Assembly (NCBI RefSeq): GCF_004010195.1
Contig: NC_057753.1
Location: forward strand, 5,636,367-5,700,366
Reading direction: 5' to 3'
Length of the DNA: 64,000 bases
From: Chiloscyllium plagiosum
Taxonomy: Eukaryota
Positions 52,380 through 63,682 of this stretch are shown one piece after another. The position numbers and the translations under genes are program-made. Positions within the stretch are counted from its first letter, which is position 1, and the number at the start of each line of letters is the position of its first letter. The notes under the pieces are model-generated. The model saw only the letters and a program-made list of their open reading frames with translations, did not search any database and had not been told where the DNA came from.

Positions 52380-52854
52380 CCTCAAAATCCAATGATATTC
52401 AAGTTACAGTAGATCAGGTGGTGCTGTCAGGTACCAATTTGATATTTGGCTTGAGTTTCCCAACTTTACATCCTCCTCTTCAAACAAAAGCCCTGTGAAA
52501 CAGATTTAAAAAAAAAGAGAATGAGAATGAACCTACAAAAAAACCACAAAGACAGGTTATGAAATTGAGCTGAATGAATCTGGTAATTAGTGAGGGCTGG
52601 CACTGGTAAAAAATAAAAACGATCATGCAAGCTCTGCACGGATTTAGAAATACAGCCAGTTCAGCAACATCATTTATAAAGGGCAACTGGTCTGCACCTG
52701 GACAAGACTGAGACCTTCTTAGAAGAAGTGTGGGGCAGAAAGGGAGAAAGAGATACAGGAGATAAAGGAGAAGGATCAGTGTAAGAGGCGTATGTGAAGA
52801 CCATAACCTCCAAGTCCCCTTCCAGTCGCACCCCATGCATTCTATCCTGTTTAC

Positions 52855-53690
52855 AAACTATAAGACCCTGTGACCATAAAACAGGAGCAGAAATTAGGCC
52901 ATTCAGCCCATCAGGTCTGCTCTGCCATTCAATCATGGCTGACACGTTTCTCAATTCAATTCTCCTGCTTTCTCCCCATAGCCCTTGATCCCCATGTCAG
53001 TCAAGGACCTATCTATCTCAGTCCTAAGTATACTCAGTGACCTAACCTCCACAGCCTGTTGTGGCAGTAAATTCCACAGATTCCCCACTCTCTGGCTGAA
53101 GAGGTTTCTCCTTATCTCTGTTCTAAAAACGTCTTCCCTTTACCCTAAGGCTGTGCCCTTGGGTCCCAATCTCTCCTACCAATGGAAACATCCTCCCAAC
53201 ATCCACTCTGTCCAGGTCACTCAGTATTCTGTAAATTTTTTATTAGATCCCTGCTCACCCTTTGAAACTCCGAGTACAGACCCAGAGTCCTCAAATGTTC
53301 CTCATACGCTAAGCTTTTCATTCCTGGCACCATTCTTGTAAATTTCCTCTGAACACGGTCCAGGATCAGTACATCCTTCCTGAGATATGGGGCCCAAAAC
53401 GATGCACAGTACTCTAAATATGGTCTGACCAGAGCCTTCTCAAACCTCAGAACTACATCCCTGCTTTTATATTCCAATCCTCTCAAAATAAATGCCAACG
53501 TTACATTTGCCTTCCTAACTACTGACTCAACCTGCAAGTTTGCCTTGAGAGAATTCTGGAATCGAGCTACCAAGTCTCTCTGCACTTCAGACTTCTGAAT
53601 TTTCTCCCCATTTAGAAAATAGTCCTTGCCTCTATTCTTCCTACCAAAGTGCACGACCTCACACTTTCCAACGTTGTATTCCACTCCCTC
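52855..53690 (-). mobile_element. CR1 3' fragment
   Basis: NVGKCEVVHFG...LVRPYLEYCASFWAP. Confidence 0.9.
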
Positions 53691-54299
53691 ACCACCAAAC
53701 TCACGATTCACTCTGACAACCGAGACCGAACCAAGTTCTTCACACCATGGCAAAGTTTTTCACTCCTTGGTGAGTGTTCGAACATTTATCTCAATAGTCC
53801 ACGTAATATATTCCTTGATCTGATCTTCTCTGAAAAGCTACTGTCTGAAAGAGGAACTATATTTCTGACATCAGCCAAATCTCGCATGAGCTGCTCAAAA
53901 GGTGTTCGGTCTCAGGGTTTTATGGAATGAATTTTTGATTCTTTTTAACTGAAAACAAGCAAACAGCATTGAATATTTACTCCATGTATTGTAAACCCAA
54001 CAGCAGAAACAATTCACTTAACACTTCAGGAGTTAGTAGCCACTTGCTCTCTCAACACTGCTATATTTCATCACTGTTCCTCAAAGATCCTTACGTTATT
54101 TTCTTTCAAGTGAAGTCCCAAAAGTAACCAACATCAACATGACACTAGTTTGAAATTCAAACTCAAAAATTTATATTAACAGATACTTACAATTCATGCA
54201 CATCTCAAAACAGAACACACTCCCAGCCTTCAACAGCCTGTAATCTAGAGACCATCTAACAATCTGCTACAAAAGGGTTAGTGTTAGGATACAGAGACA

Positions 54300-55650
54300 G
54301 GGGCGGTTCGAGCAGATTTGAAAATAGCAAATCTGATGGAATGAGGTAGACAAAAGCCAGGTAACTATAGGCCTGTTAGCATAACTTCTGTAGTGGGGAA
54401 AAACTTGAATCTATAATCAAAAAAAAAGTGAGATATTTGGGTAAACTTTGTACTACTGGGCAGACACAGCACGGGTTAGTGAAAGGCAGGTCCATGTTTA
54501 ACTTTTTTTACTGGAATTCTTTTGAGGATCTTAAGAGAGTGTGGTGTATCTGGATTTCCACAAGGTATTCAACAAGGTGCTACCCAAAAGGCTGTTGCAG
54601 AAGGTAAAAATGCATGGCATTGCAAATAATGTATTAGCATGGACAGAAGATTGGTTAACTAACAGAAAGCAAAGAATGTGCATGTACAGTTGTGTTTCTG
54701 TATAGCGATCAGTGGCTAGTGGTGTGCCTCAGGGATCAGTGTTGAGACTGCAATTGTTTACAATTTACATAGATGATTTAGCGTTTAGGACCAAGTGTAG
54801 TGTGTTAACGTTCACAGATTACACTAAAACGAGTAGGAGAGCAAAGTGCATAGAGAACATTGAAAGTCTGCAGAGGGATATAGATAGATTAAGTGAGTCG
54901 GCAAGGGTCTGGCAGATGGAGTTCAATGTTGGCAAATGTGAGGTCATCCATTTTGGTAGGAATATCAGCAAAATGAACTATTATTTAAATGGTGAAAAAC
55001 GTTATGCAGGTGGATGTGGACGTCCTTGTCCGTGAACCAGAAAAGTTGGTTTGTAGGTAATTAAGATGGCAAATGGAATACTGTCCTTCATTGGTAGAGA
55101 GATGTGGGGTTTAAAGATAGGGAGGTTTTGCTGTAGCTGTACAGGATGCTGATAAGGCTGCACCTGGAGTGCTGTGCACAGTTTGGGTCTCCTTACCCAA
55201 GAAAGGATGTCGTGGGGGTGCACAGGAGGTTCACTAGGTTGATTCCGGTACAGAGAAGGTTGGTTTATGAGGAGAGATTGAGTAGACTGAGACTATACTC
55301 AGTGGAAATTATATCTTAAAGAAACATATAAAATGATGAAGAGAACATATAAGATAGCAGGGAGGTTCTTTTCACTAGCTAGTGAAATTAGAAATAGGGA
55401 GCACAGCCTCAAAATAAGGGGATTTCATCCTGAAGAGGAAGAATTTCATCACGCAAGAGTTGTGAATCTGTGGCACTTTCCCTGCTGAGTGAAGCAGTTG
55501 AGATCACCTCATTGAATGTTTTTAAGGAAAAGATAGATAAATATTTGAACAGTAAATGAATTAATGGTTACAGTGAGCAGGTGGGTGAGTGGAGCTAAGT
55601 CCACAAAAAAGGTTTGATGTGCCAGATGGCCTACTCCTATTTCTTATGTT
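54300..55650 (+). mobile_element. CR1 RT to 3' end, degenerate
   Basis: SGVPQGSVL...WQMEFNVGKCEVIHFG. Confidence 0.88.
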
Positions 55651-55734
55651 CTTCTATTGTTACTGGCACAGACACCTGCACACCCATCCTCTCTGTGCTG
55701 ACTGTCCTACGAAACAGCAACACAGTAACTGTCA

Positions 55735-55950
55735 GTAAAACGTGGAAGTGGAAAGGCACAGCAGGTCAGGCAGCCATGGAGGAGCAGGAAAGTTGACGTT
55801 TTTGGTCGGATGAAGGGTCCAGACCCAAAATGTCAACTTTGCTGCTTCATCCCCAAACCCTCACCAATGCTGTCCGACCTAGCTGTGCCATTCCAGCTCC
55901 ATACTTTATCGACTCTTGACTTCCAGCATCTGCGGTCCTTATCCTCTCCA
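55735..55950. mobile_element. Degenerate fold-back Penelope-derived element
   Basis: ggcacagcaggtcaggcagc / gctgtccgacctagctgtgcc arms; gatgaagggtccagacccaaaatgtc hammerhead relic. Confidence 0.65.
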
Positions 55951-56014
55951 GTCATTTTGTCAAAAAAAATACAAGTCAGAAATTGCTGGAGAAAGTCAGC
56001 AGGTCTAGCAGCAT

Positions 56015-56385
56015 CCGATTGGTTGGAGGACCGGAGGTCCCTTTCCGCTAGCTTTCCTCCTATTGTCCGGAACGGCTGTCAATCAACCGGGTCCCATCGT
56101 CAGTTGAACGCCCCAGCCTCAGGAGCAGCTGCTGTTGATTGTTCCGTTTGTCCGTTGGGGGCGGGGTTAGGTCTGAGTGCCGGCTGATGATTGGTCCCTG
56201 TTGGTCCTTCTGATCGGGGGGGGTTTGGGACAGGTCCGCGTGCGGGTTGCTGATTGGCCCCTCGGAATGGGGGCGGTGCCAGAATCGAATGCGGGTCGGT
56301 CATTGGTCCCTGTTTATCCGTTGGTGACTTGGGGAGGTGGGCCAGGTGTACGAGCGGGTTGCTAATTGGTCCCTGTTGGTCCATC
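56015..56385 (-). promoter_or_regulatory. CpG-rich candidate promoter with repeated CCAAT and GC boxes
   Basis: ATTGG at 56018, 56190, 56253, 56302 and 56365; GGGGCGG at about 56157 and 56270; CpG-dense; about 3.5 kb upstream of the ZNF exon. Confidence 0.6.
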
Positions 56386-56620
56386 GGCGGTGGCTCAGTG
56401 GTTAGCGGCGTTGCCTTACATCGTAAGGGTCCCGGGTTCGATTCCAGCCTCGGGCGACTGTCTGTGTGGGGTTTGCACGTTCTCCCGTCTGTGCGTGGGT
56501 TTTCTCTGGTCCAAGGTATGCTATTCAGGGACTGCACATAGTGTTCAGAGATGTGTAGGTTAGGTGTAAATGTAGGGTAGGGGAATTGGTCTGGATGGTT
56601 TGGAGGTTCCAGGGCCACAC
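56386..56620 (+). mobile_element. HE1 SINE retaining CpGs
   Basis: ggtggctcagtggttagc...cccgggttcgattcc, V-domain. Confidence 0.85.
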
Positions 56621-57479
56621 AGTAGGGATTATGTAATAAAAGAGCTGCAGATGCTGTAAATCAGAAATAGAAGTTGCAGGAAAAGTTCAGCATCTGTAAA
56701 AATGTAAGAAACATTAACTCTGATTTCTCTTCACAGATGCTGCCAGACCCTGCTGAGCTTTTCCATCAGCATTTAAAATGTGCGCCGGGCCTGGATAAGC
56801 ACATCAGCTGACCTCGGGCCTGGATGAGCACCTTTACTGTCCCGAGGCAGACGTTATATGGACGCACAAACTGATGTAGAAGCTTGCCTTCCTATGTGAA
56901 GAAGGAAAACAAAAGGTTAGTGATGACAAATGTTGGTCCACCTCCAGCCAAAAACAGGGCAAGATATCAGAAACAAGGAGGTGGCGGGTCATTTAAGTAC
57001 ACACCTTGATTCCCTCCTCAGAAAGGAGGATGCAAGTAAAAGTATTGAGGAACATGGTATATAGTGAGAGGAGGAATCAGATTGAAATTAGTATGGGGGA
57101 AAAATATGATGATGGGGAAGCTGATGGGATTAAAGGCAGATGAATCCCCGGTTCCAAAAATCTCAACCCCCAGAGTACTTAATAAAGTGACCTTAAATAT
57201 ATTGGATGCGTTGGTGGTTATCTTTCACCCTTCTGACTGTGGAACGTTTCCTTTGGACTGGTAGGTAACTAATGTACCTGTGCTATTTTAAAAGGGGAGG
57301 AAGGAGAAAGCAGGGAATTATCGGCTATTGAACTTGACATCAGTATCGCTAAAAATTCTAAAAGATTTCATCACATAGCAGTTGGGAAACAGTGGCAGGA
57401 TTGGACAGAGTCCGCATAGGATTACAAAAGCAAAGCCATGCTTCACAAACCTACTGGAACTGTTAAAGAATGTAATTAT

Positions 57480-60075
57480 AGACAATAGGTCCAGGAGTAG
57501 GCCATTCTTCTCTTCGAGCCTGCACCACCAATCATTATGATCCTGGCTGATCATCCTTAATCAGTATCCTGTTCCTGCCTTATCTCCATAACCGTTGATT
57601 CCACTAGCCTTGAGAGCTCTATCCAACTCTTTCTTAAATGAATCCAGAGACTGGGCTTCCACTGCCCTCTGGGTCAGAGCATTCCACACTCCCACCACTC
57701 TCTGGGTGAAGAAGTTTCTCCTCATCTCTGTCCTAAATGGCCTACCCCTTATTTTTAAGCTGTGTCCTCTGGTTTGGGACTCACCCATCAGCGGAAACAT
57801 GTTTCCTGCTTCCAGAGTGTCCAATCCTTTAATAATCTTATACGTCTCAATCAGATCCCCTCTCAGTCTTCTAAACTCAAGGGTATACAAGCCCAGTCGT
57901 TCTAATCACTGGCATGGTGGCTCAGTGGTTAGCACTATTGCCTCACAGCACCAGGGTCCCAGGTTCGGTTCCAGCCTCGGGTGACTGTCTGTCTGTCTCC
58001 TAACATTCTCCCCACGTCTGCGTACGTTTCCTCTGGGTGCTCCGGTTTCCTCCCACAATCCAAAGATGTGCAGGTTAGGTGAATTGGCCATGATAAATTG
58101 CCCATAGTGCTCGGTGCATTAGTCAGAGGGAAATGGGTCTGGGTGGGTTGCTGTTTGGAGGGTCGGTGTGGACTGATTGGGCCGAAGGGCCTGTTTTCAC
58201 ACTGTAGGGAATCTAATGTAATATCATCTTTCAACATAAGACAGTCCCGCCATTCCAGGAAGTGTCCAATCGTTTCATAATCTTATATGTCTCAATCAGA
58301 TCCCCTCTCAGTCTTGTAAATTCAAGGGTATACAAGCCCAGTCGCTTCAGTCTTTCAGTGTAAGGTAATCCCGCTATTCCAGGAATTGACCTCGTGAACC
58401 TACGCTGCACTTCCTCAATAGCCAGAATGTCTTTCCTCAAATTTGGAGACCAGAACTGCACACAGTACTCCAGGTGTGGTCTCACCAGGGCCCTGCACAG
58501 CTGCAGAAGCACCTCTTTGCTTCTATACTCAATCCCTCTTGTTATGAAGGCCAGCATGCTATTAGCCTTCTTCACTACCTGCTGTACCTGCATGCTTACC
58601 TTCATTGACTGGTGTACAAGAACACCTATATCTCTTTGTACTGCCCCTTTATCTAAATTGATTCCATTTAGGTAGTCGTCTGCCTTCCTGTTGTTGCCAC
58701 TACAGTGGATAACCATACATTTATCCACATTAACTGCATCTGCCATGCATCTGTCTACTCACCTAACCTGTCCAGGTCACTCTGTAATCTCCTAACACCC
58801 TCCTCGCATTTCACCCTGCAACCCAGCTTTGTATTATCAGCAAATTTGCTAATGTTACCATTAATACCATCTTCTATATCATTAATATATATTGTAAAAA
58901 GCTACAGTCCCAGCACTGATCCCTGCGGTACCCCACTGGTCATCGCCTGCCATTCTGAAAGGGAGCTGTTTATCACTACCCTTTGCTTCCTATCAGCCAA
59001 GCAATTTCCAATCCCAGTCAGTACTTTGCCCCCAATACCATGCGCCCTAAGTTTGCTCACCAACCTCCTATGTGGGACTTTATCAAAGGCTTTCTGAAAG
59101 TCCAGGTACACTACATCTACTGGATCTCCCTCATCCATCTTCAGAGTTACATCCTCAAAACATTCCAGAAGATTCGTCAAGCATGATTTCCCCTTCATAA
59201 ATCCATGCTGACTCTGATCTACCCTGTTACTGCCATCTCGATGTGTCGTAATTCCATTATTTATAATTGACTCCAGCATCTTTCCCACCACTGAGGTCAG
59301 GCTAACTGGTCTATAATTTCCTGCTTTCTCTCTCCCACCTTTCTTAAAAAGTGGTACAACATTAGCCACCTTCCAATCTGCAGGAACTGATCTTGAATCT
59401 ATCGAACTCTGAAAAATATTCTCCAATGCATCCACGATTTCTCGAGCCACCTCCTTCAGTACCCTGGGATGTAGACCATCAGGCCCCGGGGACTTATCAA
59501 CCTTCAGACCTAATAGTCTCTCCAACACCAATTCCTGGCAAATATAAATACCCTTCAGTGCAGGTCCTTCAGCCACTGTTACCTCAGGGAGATTGCTTGT
59601 GTCTTCCCCAGTGAACACAGATCTGAAGTACCAATTCAATTCTTCTGCCATTTCTTTGTTCCCTGTAATATATCCCCCTGTTTCTGTCTTCAAAGGCCCA
59701 ATTTTAGTCTTAACCATTTTTTTGTCTTTCACATACCGAAAAAAGCCTTTACTATCCTCCTTTATGTTTTTGGCCAGTTTACCTTCATACCTCATTTTTT
59801 CTCTGTGTATTTCCTTCTTAGTAATCCTCTGTTGTTCTTTAAAAGCTTCCCAGTCCTCCGTTTTCCCACTTATCTTTGGTATGTTATACTTTATCTCTTT
59901 TGACTTTATATGTTTCTTAACATCCCTCGTCAGCCACGGCCACCCCTGCCTCTTCATAGGATCTTTCTTCCTTTTTGGAATGAACTGATCCTGCATCTTC
60001 TGCATTATACCCAGAAATATCTGCCATTGTTCCTCCACTGTCATCCCTGCTTAGGTATTGCACCATTGAACTTTG
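57480..60075 (-). mobile_element. Youngest-looking CR1 LINE (380-aa open stretch of ORF2)
   Basis: ORF 58902-60044: KSPGPDGLHPRVLKE, NYRPVSLTS, YLDFQKAFDKVPH, GVPQGSVLG; continues in ORFs 58231-58746 and 57561-57890. Confidence 0.95.
57909..58218 (+). mobile_element. HE1 SINE inside CR1
   Basis: A/B boxes, V-domain, tail. Confidence 0.9.
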
Positions 60076-60244
60076 GCTATTAGTTAGGCTATTCAATAAG
60101 GATGAACCAGTTTACTTGGATATGGTTTCAGTTTACTTTGAATTTGAGAAGGCTTTCGAAAAGGTAACACCAAAACAATTAGCGAGTAAAATGCATGGGA
60201 TTGGGGTAGTTCACTGACATGGATAGAGAACTCTTTGGCAGACA

Positions 60245-61030
60245 GGAACATAGAACAGTGTACAGCACATGAATGCGCTGTTTGACTGAACATGTTAAAC
60301 TAATCCTTTCTGCTGCCCATGGTCCGTACCCCTCCATTCCTTGCTTGTTTGTGTGCTTGTCTAAAAGTCCCTTAAACGCCCTTATTGTACCTGCCTCCAC
60401 CACCACCCCTGGCAGTGCATTACAAACTTAACATCATGATTTGGAGATGCTGGTGTTGGACTGTGGTAGGCAAAGTTAAAAATCACACAACACCAGGTTA
60501 TAGTCCAACTGCTTTAATTGAAAGCACTAGCTTTCGGAATGACGCTCCTTCACACTATCACCTGATGAAGGAGCAGTGCTCCGAAAACTAGTGCTTCCAA
60601 TTCAACCTGTTGGACTATAACCTGGTGTTGTGTGATTTTAAACATAACATCATGTGTGAAAAAAAACCTTGCCCCTCACATCTGCTTTGAACTTTCCGCC
60701 TCTCACTTTAAATGCATATCCTCTGGTATGACACTTCAACTCTGGGGAAGATATTCTGTCAACTCTATCTATACCTCTCATAATTTCATAGACTTCTATC
60801 AGGTATCCCCTCAGCCTCTGCTGCTCCAGATAAAACAACCGGAGTTTGTCCAACCTCTCCTTTTATAGCCCATACCGCCTAGCCTAGGCAGCATCCAGGT
60901 AAACCTCTTATGCACGCTCTCCAAAGCTTCCATATCCTTCCCGTCATGTGGTGACCAAAATTGAATGCAGTCCTCTAAGTGCGGCCTAAACAAACTTTTA
61001 TAAAGCTGAAACATCACTTCTTGACCTTCT
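60245..61030 (-). mobile_element. CR1 3' fragment
   Basis: LYKSLFRPHLEDCIQFWSP; TRGYAFKVRGG. Confidence 0.88.
60439..60639. mobile_element. Fold-back Penelope-derived element with hammerhead
   Basis: Inverted arms; cac-CTGATGA-a-GGAGCagtGCTCC-GAAA-acTA-gtg at 60559-60593; TSD aaacttaacatcatg/aaacataacatcatg (60424-60438, 60640-60654). Confidence 0.87.
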
Positions 61031-61247
61031 ACTCAAGGGTTAGGAATAAATGTTTCTTTTCCTGAGTGACTGGCACTGACTAAGACGATACCAGAGCAAT
61101 CAGTGCTTGCACCCCAGTTATTCACAGTCGCCCATACAATGGCATTAAGAGATCTGTTTTATCCAATTTTTATTTTTGAAGAGAGATTCTGAGCCATCGA
61201 ATCATACAGCATGAAAACAGACCCTTTGGTCCAACCTGTTTGTGTTT

Positions 61248-61537
61248 AAATTAGACTACTTACAGTGTGAAAACAGGCCCTTTGGCCCAACAGGTCCACA
61301 CCGACCTGCCGAAGGGTACCCACCCAGACCCATTCCCCTACATTTACCCCTTCACCTAACACTATGGGCAATTTACCATGGCCAATTCACCTGACCTGCA
61401 CATTTTTTTGGACTGTGGGAGGAAACCCACACAGACTGGGAGAACGTGCAAACTCCACACACTCAGTCGCTGAGGCGGGAATTGAATTCGGGTCTCTGCC
61501 GTTGTGAGGCAGTAGTGCTAACCACTGTGCCACCGTC
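61248..61537 (-). mobile_element. HE1 SINE
   Basis: Reverse-strand V-domain and tRNA head. Confidence 0.9.
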
Positions 61538-61689
61538 CCTATCCTACACTTCATCGAATTCCAGAGTCTTGAGCATTCCTCATTTATTTGCTCAGCTATC
61601 TATGGCTGTTCTTTGTGGAATTTCTCCACCTTAAGAGATTCCTTAAAACCACCTTCACCAAGCTTTCAGTCACTTGTCTTGGTGACCAT

Positions 61690-62530
61690 AATCCCACAGT
61701 AAATTAGTACCACCTGCTTGCACTTGGCCCGTGTCCTTCCAACCATTTTTTTTTATCCATGTACATAACTAATTACTTATTCAAACGCTGTAACTGTACT
61801 TGCATCCGCCACTTCCTCTGTTCATTCCACACACGAACCATTCTGTCTGAAAAAAGATTTGCCCCCACCGCCTTTATTTTAATCTTTCTCCTCTCACCTT
61901 AATAATATATCCCTTGGTCTTGAAATTCCCGAACCTAGGGAAAAGACACGCGCCATTCATCTTGCCTGTACGCCTCATGACTGTATAAACCTCTGTAAGG
62001 TCACCGGTCAACCTCCTACGTTCCAGTGAAAAGGTCCCAGCATATGCAGCCTCTGGTTGTAACTCAAGTCCTCTTGTTCCTGACAACACCCTGGTAAATG
62101 CTTTCTGAATCCTCTCCAGCCTAATGTCTTTTATAATAACAAGAACTGCGCACACAACTCCAGAAGAGGCCTCATCAACATCCTGTATAACCTCGACAAA
62201 ACGTCCCAACTCCTATATCTGGGCAATGAAGGTAAGCATGCAGAAAGCCTTCTTAATAACCCTACGTGATCCAAATTGTGCTACAGCCCTAGCCTCTCCT
62301 TTTTAATTATGTAAGTCCTGCCCTTGTTTGTTTTACCAAAATACAATTCCTTGCTCTTATCTAAATTAACCTCCATCTGCTACTCTTCAGCCCAATGGAT
62401 CAAGGTTTCTTTGTAATCGTCGATGACATTCTTCACTGTCTGCGATACCAACAATCTCGGTATCATCTACAAGCATACTAACCGTGCCTTCTCTCGTCTC
62501 ATCGAGATCATTTATATAAATGACAAACAA
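61690..62530 (-). mobile_element. CR1 3' fragment
   Basis: FSLERRRLTGDLTEVY. Confidence 0.82.
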
Positions 62531-62732
62531 AAACGGAGGATTATCCAGGGAATACACATGCATCAAATTCAGAGAGTGATGGTCATGTGCTCATCATAAG
62601 AGACCCCATTCCAGTCACTTTCCAAAGCTGGCAAGCGTTGGAGATTTACCGGATCTTATTTGTGCCATTTTACCAAAATTCAGAAGTATTTGTTGGGTGG
62701 GGAGGGGAAATAGATATTATCAAGTACAAGTT

Positions 62733-62995
62733 TGATTAGATTAGATTCCCTACAGTGTGGAAACAGGCCCTTCAGCTCAACCAATCCACACCAACCCTCC
62801 AAAGAGTAACCCACCCAGACCCATTTCCCTCCGACTAATGCACCTTACGCTATGTGCAATTTAGCCTAGCCAATTCACCTAACCTGCACACCTTTGGACT
62901 GTGGGAGGAAACCCACAGAGACAGTCGCCCGAGACTGGAATCGAACCTGGGATCCTGGTGCTGTGAGGCAGCAGTGCTAACCACTGAGCCACCAT
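62733..62995 (-). mobile_element. HE1 SINE (internal deletion)
   Basis: (gatta)n tail, tRNA head. Confidence 0.9.
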
Positions 62996-63385
62996 GATTA
63001 ATTATAAAGGATAAATATTAGAAGATTTTACCTGATGGATTGGATAAAGATCACTGGGCGGGGACTGTTGTGAAGCATCAGTATTATCATGGGCCACTTG
63101 TTTAAATGTCCTCTTTCTTGTATCAAGTACGTGAAATATGGAAACGATGATGACAGAGGATTTCTTTTGAAGTTTAATTCTGATGAAATCAGAAAAATGT
63201 TCTTTTCTAAAGATGCGTACAAAAGCAACTCACAATAAATAGTGCCATTAAGGAAAGCAAGTTCCACAAATGTAACAATGTGGTCACTTTTAAAAGGTTA
63301 TTTTGCCCTAGGTTTTTTTTGAGAGATATAAAGGCAGAGGTGTCAAAATGCCTACTTTAGCAATGGCAGGGGAGTGACTAGTCTT

Positions 63386-63682
63386 TTAGATTAGATTATC
63401 TACAGTTTGGCCCAACAAGTCCACACCAACCCTCTGAAGAGTAACCCACCCAGACCCACTCCTCTACCCTATATCTCCCTTGAGTAATGCACCTAATGCT
63501 ATGGGGCAATTTAGCACGGCCAATTCACCCTAACCTGTACATCTTTGGACTGGGGGAGGAAACCGGAGCATCCGGAGGAAACTCGCGCAGACACGGGGAG
63601 AATGTGCAAACTCCACCCAGACAGTCGCCCCGAGGCTGGAATCGAATCCGGGACCCTGGCGCTGTGAGGCAGCAGTGCCACC
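63386..63682 (-). mobile_element. HE1 SINE
   Basis: V-domain, B-box. Confidence 0.88.

Noticed and set aside
58902..60044. 380-aa ORF as a host gene
   Set aside because: It is part of CR1 ORF2, 5'-truncated and disrupted downstream
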